Source: Myxococcota bacterium
GTDB lineage: Bacteria > Myxococcota_A > UBA796 > SXON01
Length of the DNA stretch: 64,000 nt
Direction: 5' to 3'
Assembly (NCBI GenBank): GCA_040386535.1
Contig: JAZKFH010000033.1
Coordinates: forward strand, 36,925 to 100,924
Shown piece by piece: positions 43,815 to 54,654 of this stretch. Numbering within the stretch: position 1 is the first letter of the stretch; each line of letters begins with the position of its first letter. The notes under the pieces were generated by a model. That model saw only the letters and a list, made by a program, of their open reading frames with translations, was not told the DNA's origin and ran no database searches. Made by a program: the position numbers and the translations under genes.

Positions 43815-44909
43815 ATGTTCGTTTTGTTGCTCGGTACCATCGGGTGTGACGGGGCCAAGGTCGTGCTGGAGGACACGGGCGGCAACCCGATGAGCGACAC
43901 CGCCGCGGACACCGACACGGACACCGACGCGGACACCGACGCGGACACCGACGCGGACAGCGACACGGACACCGACACCGATTCGGACACCGACGCCGAC
44001 GTGACCTCGCTGACGTTCGTGCTCGCGGGCGAGTACGACGCGAACGCGCTGAACCTCCTCTGGCTCAACGAGGACGGCACGGCGGGCGACACGCTCGCCG
44101 GGGCGCGCGTGACGGACGGCACCCCGCGGGTCGACGCCGCCGCCCCTGGCGAGGACGAGCTGTACCCGCTCGAGGGCTACCCGGGCACGTTGTACCGGTA
44201 CGCCCTGCCCTTCGTGTACCTGGAAGACGACGGCAGCCTCGGGCACGACCCGGACGAGGTGGTCGAGGGCGTCGGCACCGCGTGGCCGCTGTTCCTCGCG
44301 GGCGACATCCCCGCCGAGTTCGGCGCCGTCGGCCTGCGCGCGGGATGGAACGCGATCGACATCAGCAGCTCGCTCACCTACCCGCTCGACGCGATCCCGC
44401 TCCCGGTCAACCTGCGCCCCGACCTCGACGCGCGCCTCTCCGGCACGATGGTGGGCGACGCGGCGGGCCGCACCGACCTCGACCTCGCGCTGCTCCCGGC
44501 GGTCGTGTTCACCGGGGGCAGCGTCAGCTCGCTCTCCTTCAACCAGACGCTGGGCGACCCGTGGATCCTCACGGTCAACGCGCCCCCCGCGGACGATCAC
44601 CTCACCGACGTCGAAGGCACGGGCGTTTTCACGTCGTTCGAGGTCCCCTTCGCCTACGCGGACGCCGACAGCAACGGCATCCCCGGCGCCACCGAGCTGC
44701 TGTGGCCGACCTGCTTCGGCGCCGACGTGGCGTTCCTGCTCTGGCTCGCGCCGCCGACCGACCCGCTGCTCGGCTACTACCTGCTCCAGTACGGGCTCCC
44801 CATCGGCTGGACCCCCGCGCGCGCGGACGACACGGAGGACTTCGTGATCCTCACGGAGGACGAGGCCACGATGCTCGAGATCGGCGGGAGCTGCAGCCTG
44901 GGGGAGTGA
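43815..44909 (+). CDS. Hypothetical lipoprotein with (DT/DA)n linker
   Basis: LLLGTIGC lipobox; DTDTDTDADTDAD tract; two internally similar domains, each with a GW motif near the end. Confidence 0.8.
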   Translation: MFVLLLGTIGCDGAKVVLEDTGGNPMSDTAADTDTDTDADTDADTDADSDTDTDTDSDTDADVTSLTFVLAGEYDANALNLLWLNEDGTAGDTLAGARVTDGTPRVDAAAPGEDELYPLEGYPGTLYRYALPFVYLEDDGSLGHDPDEVVEGVGTAWPLFLAGDIPAEFGAVGLRAGWNAIDISSSLTYPLDAIPLPVNLRPDLDARLSGTMVGDAAGRTDLDLALLPAVVFTGGSVSSLSFNQTLGDPWILTVNAPPADDHLTDVEGTGVFTSFEVPFAYADADSNGIPGATELLWPTCFGADVAFLLWLAPPTDPLLGYYLLQYGLPIGWTPARADDTEDFVILTEDEATMLEIGGSCSLGE

Positions 44910-44918
44910 GCCCGCGGA

Positions 44919-46382
44919 TCAGCGGGGGCTCACGAGGGCGTAGAGGTCCTCGATGAACTCCCCGCGGCCGAGCAGGTGGTCGCCGTGGAAGTCGAGGTGC
45001 CACAACACCTCACCCTCCGGGTCGACCTCGTAGAGGTGGCCCGAGCTGCCGACGACGTGCAGGGTGTTGCCGTTGTCCAGGCGCCACGCGTCGCCGTTGG
45101 TGTTGGCGTGCACGCCCGGATCGAAGGCCCACACCGGGGTGAGCGTGCCCGCGTCACGATCCACGTCGTACTCGACGGCTGCGGTGGTGCCGCGGCTGCT
45201 CCCGCCCTCGTAGTAGGTCGAGACGAGCAGGGTGCCGGCGTCGGTCCAGCTCACGCCGTGTTGCCAGGAGAACTGGGACTCGCTGGGCAGGAACGAGTAC
45301 CCGTTCGGCACGTCGCCCGCCCACCACAGGCTCTCGCCGGTCGCGTGGTCGACCTCGACCAGCGAATTGTTGGTGTAGAAGCTGTACAGGAACGAGTCGC
45401 GCTCGGGCGAGAAGAAGATGCCGTTGGACTCGCAGTCGCTGTCCGTGCCCGGCCAGTCGTCGCGGCAGGTCCAGAGGATGCGGGGCTCGCTGTCCGTGGG
45501 GCCGAGCTCGACGAGGGCCTCGTAGCCGCCGTGATCCTGGCTGCCCCACACCAGCGTGTCGCCGGGGAGCTGCACCCACGCGTGGTGCAGGCCGGGGGTG
45601 GCGATGGTCTCGATCTCGGCGTCCAGGTAGCCGCGGACCACGGTGGAGCCGGCGCCGTCGTCCCAGTCGTTCCAGTAGGTGGCCTCGTCCCACAGGATGT
45701 GGTCACCCGAGAGCGCCACCTGCGCGTAGAGCGTCCAGTCCTGCTCCGGCGTGCGGTGGGCCCACACGAGGCGGCCCTGGCGGTCGACGATGAAGGCGTA
45801 GTAGGTGCCGCCGGTCCAGCCCCCGGCGCTGGAGTTGATGCTCGTGAGCAGGTAGTTGCCGCCCGCGATCCACTTCGTGGAGTCGCCGAGCTCGACCTCG
45901 GGGAGCGGGAAGTTGCGGGGCACGTCGGCCGTGGTGAGGGGCTCGCCGTCGATCGACACGCCGCTGTCGCTCACGAGGCGCCAGGCGGCGACGGTCTCGT
46001 AGGGGATGCCGACCAGGAGCTGCTCGTTGGCGCCGGCCACCGCGGCGAACGCGGGCGAGGAGAGCCACACGCCCTCGTCGAAGCTGTACTCGACGTGCAC
46101 CGTGGCGGCCGCGCTCTGGTTCCACGACACGTACGCGAGGCTCTCGTAGTCCTCGTGCAGGCGCCACGCGAGCGCGTTGAACAGCTCGTCCCCGGGGGTG
46201 TCGGTGTCCGTATCGGTGTCGGTGTCCGTATCCGTGTCGGTGTCGGTGTCGGTGTCCGAATCGGTGTCGGTGTCCGCGTCCCCGCCGTCGGGCGTGTCCT
46301 TGTCGTCCCCGACGTTGATGGATCCCGCCCCCAGGCAACCCGTGAGGAGGAGACTGACCAGGGACCAGACACGACGGTTCAT
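44919..46382 (-). CDS. Arylsulfotransferase (ASST)-like beta-propeller lipoprotein
   Basis: LLLTGC lipobox; (DT)n; IVDRQGRLVW, LHHAW, FSWQHG, GDAWRLDNGNTL, LYEVDPEGEVLW. Confidence 0.75.
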   Translation of the reverse strand: MNRRVWSLVSLLLTGCLGAGSINVGDDKDTPDGGDADTDTDSDTDTDTDTDTDTDTDTDTDTPGDELFNALAWRLHEDYESLAYVSWNQSAAATVHVEYSFDEGVWLSSPAFAAVAGANEQLLVGIPYETVAAWRLVSDSGVSIDGEPLTTADVPRNFPLPEVELGDSTKWIAGGNYLLTSINSSAGGWTGGTYYAFIVDRQGRLVWAHRTPEQDWTLYAQVALSGDHILWDEATYWNDWDDGAGSTVVRGYLDAEIETIATPGLHHAWVQLPGDTLVWGSQDHGGYEALVELGPTDSEPRILWTCRDDWPGTDSDCESNGIFFSPERDSFLYSFYTNNSLVEVDHATGESLWWAGDVPNGYSFLPSESQFSWQHGVSWTDAGTLLVSTYYEGGSSRGTTAAVEYDVDRDAGTLTPVWAFDPGVHANTNGDAWRLDNGNTLHVVGSSGHLYEVDPEGEVLWHLDFHGDHLLGRGEFIEDLYALVSPR

Positions 46383-46418
46383 ACAAAGCTCCGCAGGACG
46401 GCGGCAGGATAGCCCGGC

Positions 46419-47891
46419 TTACGGGCTGCCGCTGCGGACCACGTCCGCGTAGGTCTCGCTGATGGGCCGCGGGATGCGCGCCTTGGTGTCGGGATCGAAG
46501 GTGTAGAGGCCGAACCGCATGCCCAGGCCGTGGTTCCACTCGTAGTTGTCGAGTAACGACCAGTAGAAGTAGCCGCGCACGTCCAAACCGTCGGACACGG
46601 CGCGCAAGAGCGCCGCGAGGTGCGGGCGCAGGAACACGTCGCCGCTCTCGTCGGTCGGCTGGGTGCCGTTCTCCGTGATCATCATCGGCAGGCCGTAGTC
46701 GGCGCCCACCGCGACCACGTCGTAGAGGCCCTCGGGGTACTCCTCCCAGAACACGGTCGGGAAGAAGTCGAAGCGCTCGTACCCGTCGTAGAACGGCGCG
46801 GAGAGGCCCCGCACGGTGAGGCGCGTGTAGTAGTTGATGCCGAGCCAGTCCATGCGCCCGGCGAGGTCGGCGCGGGTCTCCTCGGCCACCCCGTCCATGT
46901 CGCGGTCGATCTCGCCGCGCACCGTGCCGTTGAGGAACAGGCGGTTGTAGACGTAGTCGGCGTGCTCCATCGCCACGAGATCGGCGGGCTCGTCCTCGTC
47001 GACCGGGGCGAGCGCGACGAGGTTGTGCACCACGCCCACGGAGGAGGCCTCGCCGTCCCCGTCGGCATCGACCGTGTCGTACGCCTTGACCGCGTCGTAC
47101 ATGGCGGCGTGGCCCTCGACGAGGTTCCAGAACACGGTGAACGCGGCGTCGACATCCCGCACGCCGGGCGGGTTGGTGCGGTCGGGGCTGGGCAGGAGGT
47201 ACCCGGCGAGCACGATGGCGAGCGGCTCGTTGAGGGTGGCCCACGTGTCGACGCGGCCGCCGAACTCCTCGGCGCAGAAGGCGCTGTAGAGCGCGAGCGC
47301 GGGCCGGAGGCGGTCGATGTCCATCCAGCCGCGGTCCGCGCACGTGTCGAGGTCGGCGTGGCACGCCTTGCCGTCGTGGATCCAGAGCGGGAGCGTGTAG
47401 TGGTCCAGCGTGACGACGGGGACCTGCCCCGCGGCCACGATGGCGGCGAAGTAGGCGTGGTACCAGGCGAGCGCGTCGGCGTCGACGTGCGCGCGCAGCT
47501 CGGCCACGGTGGTGGCGGACTCCGCGGCGCCGTCCGGGAACAGGCGCGACCACTCGATGCTGGTGCGGAAGCTGGTGGTGCCGAGCTCGTCGCGGGCGAG
47601 CGCGAGGTCCTGCTCGTACAGCTCGTGGTGGCCGGGGCCGAGCGCGAGCGGATCGCCCGAGTTGTAGGTGCCCGCGTCCGCCACCAGCTCGGGGTCCGTG
47701 ACCCACTGGTACCAGTCGCTGGCGCGGTCCTCGCACTGCTCGGGGGCCACGGTGGGGCAGCCCGGGTCGACCTGGAAGCCCGCCACGGCGGTGCCCCAGA
47801 GGAACCCGTCCGGAAAGCTGGTGAGCGCGGGCACCGGCGCGGTGTCCTCGTCGGGAGCGGTGCACGCGGCGAGGAGCAACGTGATTACCAT
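46419..47891 (-). CDS. Glycoside hydrolase family 1, predicted lipoprotein
   Basis: FPDGFLWGTAVAGFQ, FRTSIEWSR, TLNEP (acid/base), ITENG (nucleophile), YFYWSLLDNYEW. Confidence 0.95.
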   Translation of the reverse strand: MVITLLLAACTAPDEDTAPVPALTSFPDGFLWGTAVAGFQVDPGCPTVAPEQCEDRASDWYQWVTDPELVADAGTYNSGDPLALGPGHHELYEQDLALARDELGTTSFRTSIEWSRLFPDGAAESATTVAELRAHVDADALAWYHAYFAAIVAAGQVPVVTLDHYTLPLWIHDGKACHADLDTCADRGWMDIDRLRPALALYSAFCAEEFGGRVDTWATLNEPLAIVLAGYLLPSPDRTNPPGVRDVDAAFTVFWNLVEGHAAMYDAVKAYDTVDADGDGEASSVGVVHNLVALAPVDEDEPADLVAMEHADYVYNRLFLNGTVRGEIDRDMDGVAEETRADLAGRMDWLGINYYTRLTVRGLSAPFYDGYERFDFFPTVFWEEYPEGLYDVVAVGADYGLPMMITENGTQPTDESGDVFLRPHLAALLRAVSDGLDVRGYFYWSLLDNYEWNHGLGMRFGLYTFDPDTKARIPRPISETYADVVRSGSP

Positions 47892-47928
47892 GGGGGCGGT
47901 CCGGTTCGAGGTTTCAAGCGAGGTACGC

Positions 47929-48606
47929 GTGTCGGTCAGCGGTTCTATCCGTCAGAGCTTCCTCGCGGGCCTGCTCGCGCTCCTCCCGCTCTACATCACG
48001 TGGAAGATCCTCGCGATCGTGTTCAACCTGGTCGACGGGCCGCTGGGCGGGCGTATCAACGCGCTCATCAGCTACCTGACCGGGACGGAGCTGAACATTC
48101 CCGGGCTGGGCCTCCTGGTCACCGGGCTCATCGTGCTCGCGATCGGCTGGCTCACCCGCATGGTGTTCTTCAAGAACATCCTCGCGGTCATCGAGACCGG
48201 CATCGAGCGGGTGCCCATCGTGCGCTCGCTCTACAACGCGAGCCGCCAGATCGTGGTGCCCTTCACCGACAAACACGCCCTCCCCTTCTCCGAGGTCGTG
48301 CTCGTGGAGTACCCGATGGTGGGCCGCCACACCCTCGGCCTCGTCGCGAAGCGACGCATCACCGGGGACCCCGACGATCCGCGCGTGGTCGTGTTCTTCC
48401 CGTCCAATCACCTGCACCTCGGCTACCCCGTGGTGCTCCACCGCGACGACCTGACCCCCATCGACATGTCGGTCGAGGAGGCGGTGAAGTTCTTCGTGAG
48501 CTGCGGGGTCATCGGCGACGACAAGCTCATCCGCAGCGGCGGCGAGCTGATCCCCATCGACTCGCTCGCCGCGCTCAGCCCCCCATCCGTGCGAGCAGCG
48601 CGTTGA
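47929..48606 (+). CDS. DUF502 family membrane protein
   Basis: [51 protein letters not shown]. Confidence 0.9.
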   Translation: MSVSGSIRQSFLAGLLALLPLYITWKILAIVFNLVDGPLGGRINALISYLTGTELNIPGLGLLVTGLIVLAIGWLTRMVFFKNILAVIETGIERVPIVRSLYNASRQIVVPFTDKHALPFSEVVLVEYPMVGRHTLGLVAKRRITGDPDDPRVVVFFPSNHLHLGYPVVLHRDDLTPIDMSVEEAVKFFVSCGVIGDDKLIRSGGELIPIDSLAALSPPSVRAAR

Positions 48607-50278
48607 GCGCGGCCCGGCGGGCGTCGGTCTCCGCCGGATCCTGACCTTCGAGCGCGGCCCGGAACGCGCCGAGCGCCTCGCCGAGGAGCGCGCGTTCGTG
48701 CCCGGTGAGCTCGACGAACCGGGCGTCCGCGCGGGCGAGCGCCGTCGTGTTCGGCAACAAATCGCGCGGGTGGAACTTGAGCCGGGCCAGGGCGGTACGC
48801 GCCGCCTCGACCTGGGCCCGGGTGAGCCGGCCCGGGGTCTGCTCGATGACGAGCACGTCCTTGTGCCCCGTGGACACCACGGTCGTCTCCACCTCGAGGA
48901 TGCCGTTCAGGTCGTAGGAGAAGCGGATGTCGACGCCCTCCTCCCCCGCCGGCTTCGGCGGGATGCGCTTGACGGTGTACTGGCCGAGCGCGCGGTTCAG
49001 CTCGCACGTGGCATGTTCGCCCTGGAACACGGCGACCTTCAGCTCGGTCTGCCCGTCCGCCATCGTGGAGAAGCGCTGCACGCGGCTCGCGGGGATGGTG
49101 GTGCCGCGCTCGATCATCGGGGTGAACAGCCCCGACACGATCCGCGCGCCGACGCGCATCCCGCTGTCCACGCCGAGGGTGAAGGGCGCCACGTCGGTCA
49201 CGATGAGATCGGCCACATCGGCCGCGCCGCGCTTGAGCGCCGCCTGCACCGCCGCGCCCATCGCGATCGCCTCGTCCGGCGGCAACGCGCGCAGCGGCAG
49301 GCGCCCGAACAACGTCGCGGCCACACGCTGCACGGCCGGCATGCGGGTGGCGCCGCCGACGAGCAGCACCTCGTCGATGTCCTCGGGGCGCAGGTTCGCG
49401 TCGCGAAGCGCGCGCACGATCGGGCCCTGGAGCCGGGCGAGCAGGCCCGCGGTGGCATGCTCGAGGTCCTCGGTGGTGAGCGACTCCTCCACGTCGATGC
49501 GGCGGCCGCCGCACGGCAGCGCGGGGAGCGCGATGGAGACCGGCGACTGCTCCGAGAGCCGCCGCTTGGCGCCCTCGCACGCCTCGCGGAGGCGGGCCCA
49601 GCCGACCGCGTCCGTCACCAGCTCGGCGGGCAACCGCGCCGCCACGAAGCGCGCGAGCTCGTCCGCGAAGTCCTCGCCGCCGAGCCGCGTGTCGCCCGCG
49701 GTGGCCTGGATCTCCACGACGCCGTCGACGATCTCGAGCACCGTCACGTCGAACGTGCCGCCGCCGAGGTCGAGCACGGCCACGCGCACCTGACGATCGC
49801 GCGCGTGCAGGCCGTAGGCGAGCGCCGCCGCCGTGGGCTCGTTGAGGATGCGGTCGACCTTGAGGCCGGCGATGGCGCCGGCGTCGCGCGTCGCCTGGCG
49901 CTGGAGCTCGTCGAAGTAGGCGGGCACGGTGATGACGGCCTCGTCCACGGTCTCGCCGAGGTAGCGCTCCGCGTCCTCCTTGAGCGCGCGCAGCACCATC
50001 GCGGACAGGTCGGGGGCCTGGAGCTCCTTGCCGCCGAGCACGAAGCGGCGCGGCGTGCCCATGTCGCGCTTGAAGCCCGTCACCGTCTGTGTGGGGTGGG
50101 TGGCGGCGCGCGCGCGGGCCGGGGCGCCCACGAGGAACACGCCGTCGTCCCCCACGCTCACCGCGCTGGCGGTGAGGTGTTCGCCGAGCGCGTTGGGGAT
50201 GAGTACGGCCTCGCCGTGCTGGAGGACGGACACGAGCGAGAAGGTCGTGCCGAGGTCGATGCCGACGATGGCGGGCAT
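48575..50278 (-). CDS. hscC: Hsp70 family chaperone, HscC-like
   Basis: [34 protein letters not shown]; short C-terminus LKFHPRD...N..ALARA...QD of HscC type. Confidence 0.85.
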   Translation of the reverse strand: MPAIVGIDLGTTFSLVSVLQHGEAVLIPNALGEHLTASAVSVGDDGVFLVGAPARARAATHPTQTVTGFKRDMGTPRRFVLGGKELQAPDLSAMVLRALKEDAERYLGETVDEAVITVPAYFDELQRQATRDAGAIAGLKVDRILNEPTAAALAYGLHARDRQVRVAVLDLGGGTFDVTVLEIVDGVVEIQATAGDTRLGGEDFADELARFVAARLPAELVTDAVGWARLREACEGAKRRLSEQSPVSIALPALPCGGRRIDVEESLTTEDLEHATAGLLARLQGPIVRALRDANLRPEDIDEVLLVGGATRMPAVQRVAATLFGRLPLRALPPDEAIAMGAAVQAALKRGAADVADLIVTDVAPFTLGVDSGMRVGARIVSGLFTPMIERGTTIPASRVQRFSTMADGQTELKVAVFQGEHATCELNRALGQYTVKRIPPKPAGEEGVDIRFSYDLNGILEVETTVVSTGHKDVLVIEQTPGRLTRAQVEAARTALARLKFHPRDLLPNTTALARADARFVELTGHERALLGEALGAFRAALEGQDPAETDARRAALNALLARMGG

Positions 50279-50338
50279 GCGGCTCCTGGTTGGAGATCGT
50301 GGGGAGGCGCGGCGGCGGACGCGAGCGCTGCTCCCGCA

Positions 50339-51691
50339 CTAATTGGAGGAGATGGTGGGCTGGGGCGGCGCGGGGGTGGGGCAGAACGCGGCGATTGCGG
50401 CGCGGAAGGTGGCGGCGCGGGCGGGCACGGCTGGGTCCGCTTCAACGCCGGCATCCGCGGCGCCGGCCAGGGCACCGTCCGCGGCGCCGGCGAGGGCGTA
50501 GTCGAGGGCGAGGATTGCGTTGTTGGCGCCGACGCAGTCCTCTTGCATGGCGGCCATCGTGGCGGCGGCGGCGGCGGTTTGGACGGCGGTGTCCGACGTC
50601 GTCAACTCGATGCGGGCCTGCTTGAGCGCGGCGGCGCGGGGGTCGAGCGGCGCGAGGCTCTTGTCCGGATACACCCGCGGGTAGACCGTCGCGGGGCGAT
50701 CGTCGATGCTGCCGGCCAGCTTCCCGAGGAGACCGATCCCGACGAAGATGAGCATGACCCACTGGAAGCTCGGCCCCGAGGCCTCGTGCGTACGCACCTG
50801 CGCGACGGGCTCTCCAACCTGGAACACCGCCGCCGACAGCAGCGGCGCATGCTCGGAGAGGAGCGCGCGCGCCCGGTGCGACTCCTCCTTCGGCCTGATC
50901 TCCAGCACGTCGCGCAGATCCCACTCCGCCGCCGCGGGGTTGCCCTCGCGGATGGCGGCCGCGATCAGCCGCAGCTGGGCGACCGGGTAGTCGGCGGGCA
51001 GCAGCAGGAGCTGCCGGAGATAGCGCAACGTGAACGCGTTTCCCTCGTGGAAGTGGCGCGTCTCGTTGAGGTGCACGTGCAACCAGCGGTCGAGCGCGCC
51101 CCCCAACCGCCGCGCCGAGGTCACGTCGCCCGCCTCGTAGAGCGCCAGCGCGAAGTAGAGCGCGGCGAATGGGACCGTCGGGGGGTCTCCGCCGGTCGCG
51201 GCGGCGTGCTCCCAGGCGGTGAGGGTGGGGTCAGTGAGTTCGCGGTCGGGCTCGGGCTCGGGGGGTTTGGCGGGGGCGGGCGTGGTGGGCGCCGGGGGCT
51301 CGTTCTTGGCGGGCTCGACTGCGGCGGCGGCGGCGGCGGGCGCCACGTCCTCGTGCTTGGGGGGCGCGGCGGGGGGGGTGGGCGCGGCGCGCTCGATCTC
51401 GGGGGGCGCGGCCGTGGCGGCGGGCGCGGCGCGCTCGATCTCGGGGGGCGCGGCCGTGGGGGCGGCGAGCCCGATCTCGGGGGGCGCGGCGGGCGCGATC
51501 GGGAGGGGCGCCGCGGCGGGCCGGACGGGCCGGTGGCGCACGGCTTCGTAGGCCGCGCGCAGGCGCATGAAGCCGTCGGGATCGGTCTCGGGGCGGCGCT
51601 CCCGTAGCAGCCGCAGGTACGCGGCACGCACGGCGGACCCGTCCGCGTCGCGGGCCAGGCCGAGCTCCGCGAGGGCGTCGAAGGGGTGCAC
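50339..51691 (-). CDS. J-domain membrane protein (DjlB/DjlC-like)
   Basis: ELGL...VRAAYLRLLRERRPETDPDGFMRLRAAYE; APPEI(E/G)xAAP three times; TM segment near the C-terminus. Confidence 0.8.
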   Translation of the reverse strand: MHPFDALAELGLARDADGSAVRAAYLRLLRERRPETDPDGFMRLRAAYEAVRHRPVRPAAAPLPIAPAAPPEIGLAAPTAAPPEIERAAPAATAAPPEIERAAPTPPAAPPKHEDVAPAAAAAAVEPAKNEPPAPTTPAPAKPPEPEPDRELTDPTLTAWEHAAATGGDPPTVPFAALYFALALYEAGDVTSARRLGGALDRWLHVHLNETRHFHEGNAFTLRYLRQLLLLPADYPVAQLRLIAAAIREGNPAAAEWDLRDVLEIRPKEESHRARALLSEHAPLLSAAVFQVGEPVAQVRTHEASGPSFQWVMLIFVGIGLLGKLAGSIDDRPATVYPRVYPDKSLAPLDPRAAALKQARIELTTSDTAVQTAAAAATMAAMQEDCVGANNAILALDYALAGAADGALAGAADAGVEADPAVPARAATFRAAIAAFCPTPAPPQPTISSN

Positions 51692-51866
51692 GGCGGAAGG
51701 ATGCCACAGGCGCTGGGGTCCCGCGGAGAGAACGCGCGTCTCCCAGTCCCTCGACGCGGGCGGGGCCGGGGCGAGGGGCTCCCGTCGTCACCCACCCGAT
51801 CGCCACGGAGCTGCGCGCGGCCGTTGCTGGCGACGGACACCCCGTCGACGAACGGCCGACCGCAGC

Positions 51867-52072
51867 CATGTCCCCATGAATGCACGCGGCACGGAGTCAT
51901 GCCGGGTTGAATGCTGGGCTCCAGGCTGCGACCACCCACAGGGTATCGGAAAATGGCCGTTCGTCCGTGGTGGCAGCCCTACGCAGCCCTGGATCGAGGG
52001 GCAGGAAGCTGATTCAGCGGCGTTCACGGTGGCATGACCCCGATTTAGCGGCGTTGAGGTGGGCATGACCCC
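51867..52072. repeat. Dispersed repeat family A, copy 3
   Basis: CATGTCCCCATGAATGCACGCGGCACGGAGTCATGCCGGGTTGAATG ... GCGTTCACGGTGGCATGACCCCGATTTAGCGGCGTTGAGGTGGGCATGAC. Confidence 0.85.
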
Positions 52073-52291
52073 CGCCTCGCGCGCCAGGACCCCCTCGATT
52101 TCGATCCGGGCGCCGCCATCGGCGATCCAAGGGGCGCCAGGTCGTGCCGCACACATGCACGCGACAACACCGAAACCACGCCGCGCAAGGGGGGCTGGAG
52201 GGGGGCGTGGGCGACCGGGGCGCCCGAGGCCGAAGGCCACGAAGGGGTAAAGCGCCCGCGCCCGTCGGCCCGCACCCAGCGGGACGACTAC

Positions 52292-52449
52292 GAGCGGAAC
52301 CGTCATTTCCTCCCGTCGCCCGCTCGCGTCTGCTGGCCGCGGCCGCGCGGCTTCCTCGGTCACAGGTCTCGACCTGCTCCCTCGTCAGCCGCGCAGCCGC
52401 GTCTCAGCAGCCACTTCGCGTGCTCGGTCCGGGAATGACGGCTCCGCTC
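52292..52449. repeat. 158-bp hairpin element (family B), copy 2
   Basis: Same length as 19551-19708 and closely similar. Confidence 0.9.
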
Positions 52450-52684
52450 GGAGGGCGAAGCCCGACTCCGAAAGCCACCCGGCCCGCGTCCGCGCGGGTG
52501 CGCCCTCCCCGCTCCCACGCGCGCCCGCCCGCCGCCGAAATGTCGAGAAATCGTAAACTCCCCCGCGCGGCCGGAAGAAACACGCGGCACCATATCCGGT
52601 GTCCGGAGTGCGGCACGGACGTTCACGAAAGGCGGCCAGAACGCCGCTTTCCCGTCGCCATCTCCCCTCACCCCGGTGGGACCC

Positions 52685-54265
52685 ATGCGCCTGTTTTGTG
52701 CCTCGTTCGTCGTGACGCTGTTTGTGCTCGAGAGCCCGATCGCTCAGGCCGCCCCCGCGCGCCCCGCCCGTGCGCTGGAGGACCGCGACGCCGCCGAGGA
52801 CGCCGACCCCGCGCCCCTCGCCGACGCCGTGGCCGCGTACCGGGCGAAGAAGCCCCAGGCCGCGTCGTTGGCGCTCCACCAGATGCTCGCGGAGGGCGCG
52901 TGGCCCGGCAAGGAGGCGAAGATCCAGTACTTCCTGGCTCTCTCCCTCTACGATCTCGGCATGGTCCACGCCGCGGAGCACTACCTCGTGGCGGTGCTGA
53001 AGCATGGCCCGTCCGACCCGTGGTTCGCGCTGGCCCTGCCGCGCCTCGCCGCGCTCGCAACGGAGACCGGTGACGACACCGCGCTCGCCCGCATCGCCGC
53101 CCGCGTGGCCCCCGAGGACGTGCCGGCCAGCGCGCGCGACACCCTCGCGTACCTGCGCGGCGCGCGCCTCTACGACGCCGGCGACCTGACCGCCGCCCGC
53201 GCCGAGCTCGCCGACGTGGCCGAGTCCTCCGCGTACTACCCGCGCGCGCGCTACCTCACGGGCGTGATCCTCAGCAGGCAGGACCGCCTGAAGAGCGCCG
53301 CCACGGCATTCCGGGAGGTCGCCGCCTTCCGCGAAGTGGCGGCCACTGGCGACGCCCCCACCGCCCCCGGCGACCGCGTGTCCGACCTCTCCACCCTGAA
53401 CCTCGGGCGTATCTACTATGGAATCGGCGAGTACGCAGCGGCCGACCAGTGGTACGCCGCGGTGCCGCGCGACTCGACGTACTGGCCGGAGAGCGTGTTC
53501 GAGAGCGCGTGGTCGAACTTCCTGCTCGACGACCCCGACCGCACGCTCGGGCAGCTCCTCACGTTGCAGGCCCCCTCGGTGGAAGCCGGCGAGTTCCTCC
53601 CCGAGGCGCCCATTCTCACGGCGCTGACGTGGCTCACGGTGTGCGAGTTCGAGGAGGTCGACCGCGCCGTCGACGACTTCGACGCCCGCTACCGCCCCGT
53701 GCACGCCGAGATGAAAGCGTTCGTGCAAGCGTACGCCTCGGAGGAGGGCCACCAGCTCGCCGACGAGGCCTACGACCGCTACTTCGGCCCCGACCCCGCG
53801 GACACGGCGCTCCCGAAGGCGCTGTTCGGCCGCGTCCTCCGCGACCGCGAGCTGGCCGGCGTCGTGGGCCAACTCGCGGCGATGGACGCCGAGGAGGTGC
53901 TCGTCGGCGCGCAGAAGCCGGCGTGGCGCGACACCGTCGGCGCCCACCTGCTCGACCTGCTCGCGACCGACCGGGTGCGCCTGAAGCGGCGGGGCGGGCT
54001 CGCGTTGTTGCGCGAGATGTCGACCACGACCACCTGGCTCGGCGACCTCATCGACCAGGCGCAGATCATCCGCTTCGAGCGGGTGAGCACGTGGAGCAAC
54101 GTCTTGGACGCGGCGGCGGCCGCCCCCGCCTCCACCGCACTCGCGGCGCGCACCGACCCGTCCTACTCCGTGTCGTCCGACCGCATCTACTGGCCGTTCA
54201 ACGGCGAGTTCTGGGACGACGAGCTCGGCTCGTATCGGTACGCGACCTCGTCGTCGTGCAAGTAG
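52685..54265 (+). CDS. TPR protein, GltC-like (myxobacterial gliding complex family)
   Basis: Signal peptide; TPR helices (LNLGRIYY, FESAWSNF, TLGQLLTL); C-terminal YWPFNGEFWDDELGSY...C. Confidence 0.8.
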   Translation: MRLFCASFVVTLFVLESPIAQAAPARPARALEDRDAAEDADPAPLADAVAAYRAKKPQAASLALHQMLAEGAWPGKEAKIQYFLALSLYDLGMVHAAEHYLVAVLKHGPSDPWFALALPRLAALATETGDDTALARIAARVAPEDVPASARDTLAYLRGARLYDAGDLTAARAELADVAESSAYYPRARYLTGVILSRQDRLKSAATAFREVAAFREVAATGDAPTAPGDRVSDLSTLNLGRIYYGIGEYAAADQWYAAVPRDSTYWPESVFESAWSNFLLDDPDRTLGQLLTLQAPSVEAGEFLPEAPILTALTWLTVCEFEEVDRAVDDFDARYRPVHAEMKAFVQAYASEEGHQLADEAYDRYFGPDPADTALPKALFGRVLRDRELAGVVGQLAAMDAEEVLVGAQKPAWRDTVGAHLLDLLATDRVRLKRRGGLALLREMSTTTTWLGDLIDQAQIIRFERVSTWSNVLDAAAAAPASTALAARTDPSYSVSSDRIYWPFNGEFWDDELGSYRYATSSSCK

Positions 54266-54462
54266 TCGGCTGATCCTGGGCGCGACCCGAGCCTCCGCCA
54301 CGGGCGTCGGCTCGGGTCGGTCGCCTGCGGGGTCGCGCTGCGCGCTCCGTCGGCGCGGCCCGCTGCCGCGGGGGCGCCGGACCGCGCCGCCTGCCCGGCG
54401 GCGCGCCCTCCGGTGCCCTCGCGCGCGTGCGTTGAACACGGCGATAGCGCTCAGACCACTAC

Positions 54463-54631
54463 CGCAAAGGGAGGCTGAAGGGGGGCGCGGGCCGCCCTCG
54501 GAGCGCCGGGCCGGAGGCCGCGGCGGAGCCCACTGCCCGCGCCCGTCGGCCCGCACGCAGCGGGCCGACGGAGGACGAAGGCCGACCCCGGAAGACACCC
54601 GGCCCTGCGTCCGCGCAGGGCGCGCCCTCCC
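54463..54631. repeat. Degenerate repeat D (lacks the family B insert)
   Basis: Aligns with about 52184-52288 joined to 52449-52510 (GCCCGCGCCCGTCGGCCCGCAC.CAGCGGG.CGAC then GGAGG.CGAAG.CCGAC.CCG). Confidence 0.65.
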
Positions 54632-54654
54632 TCTCATCCGCCCGGCCTCACCCG

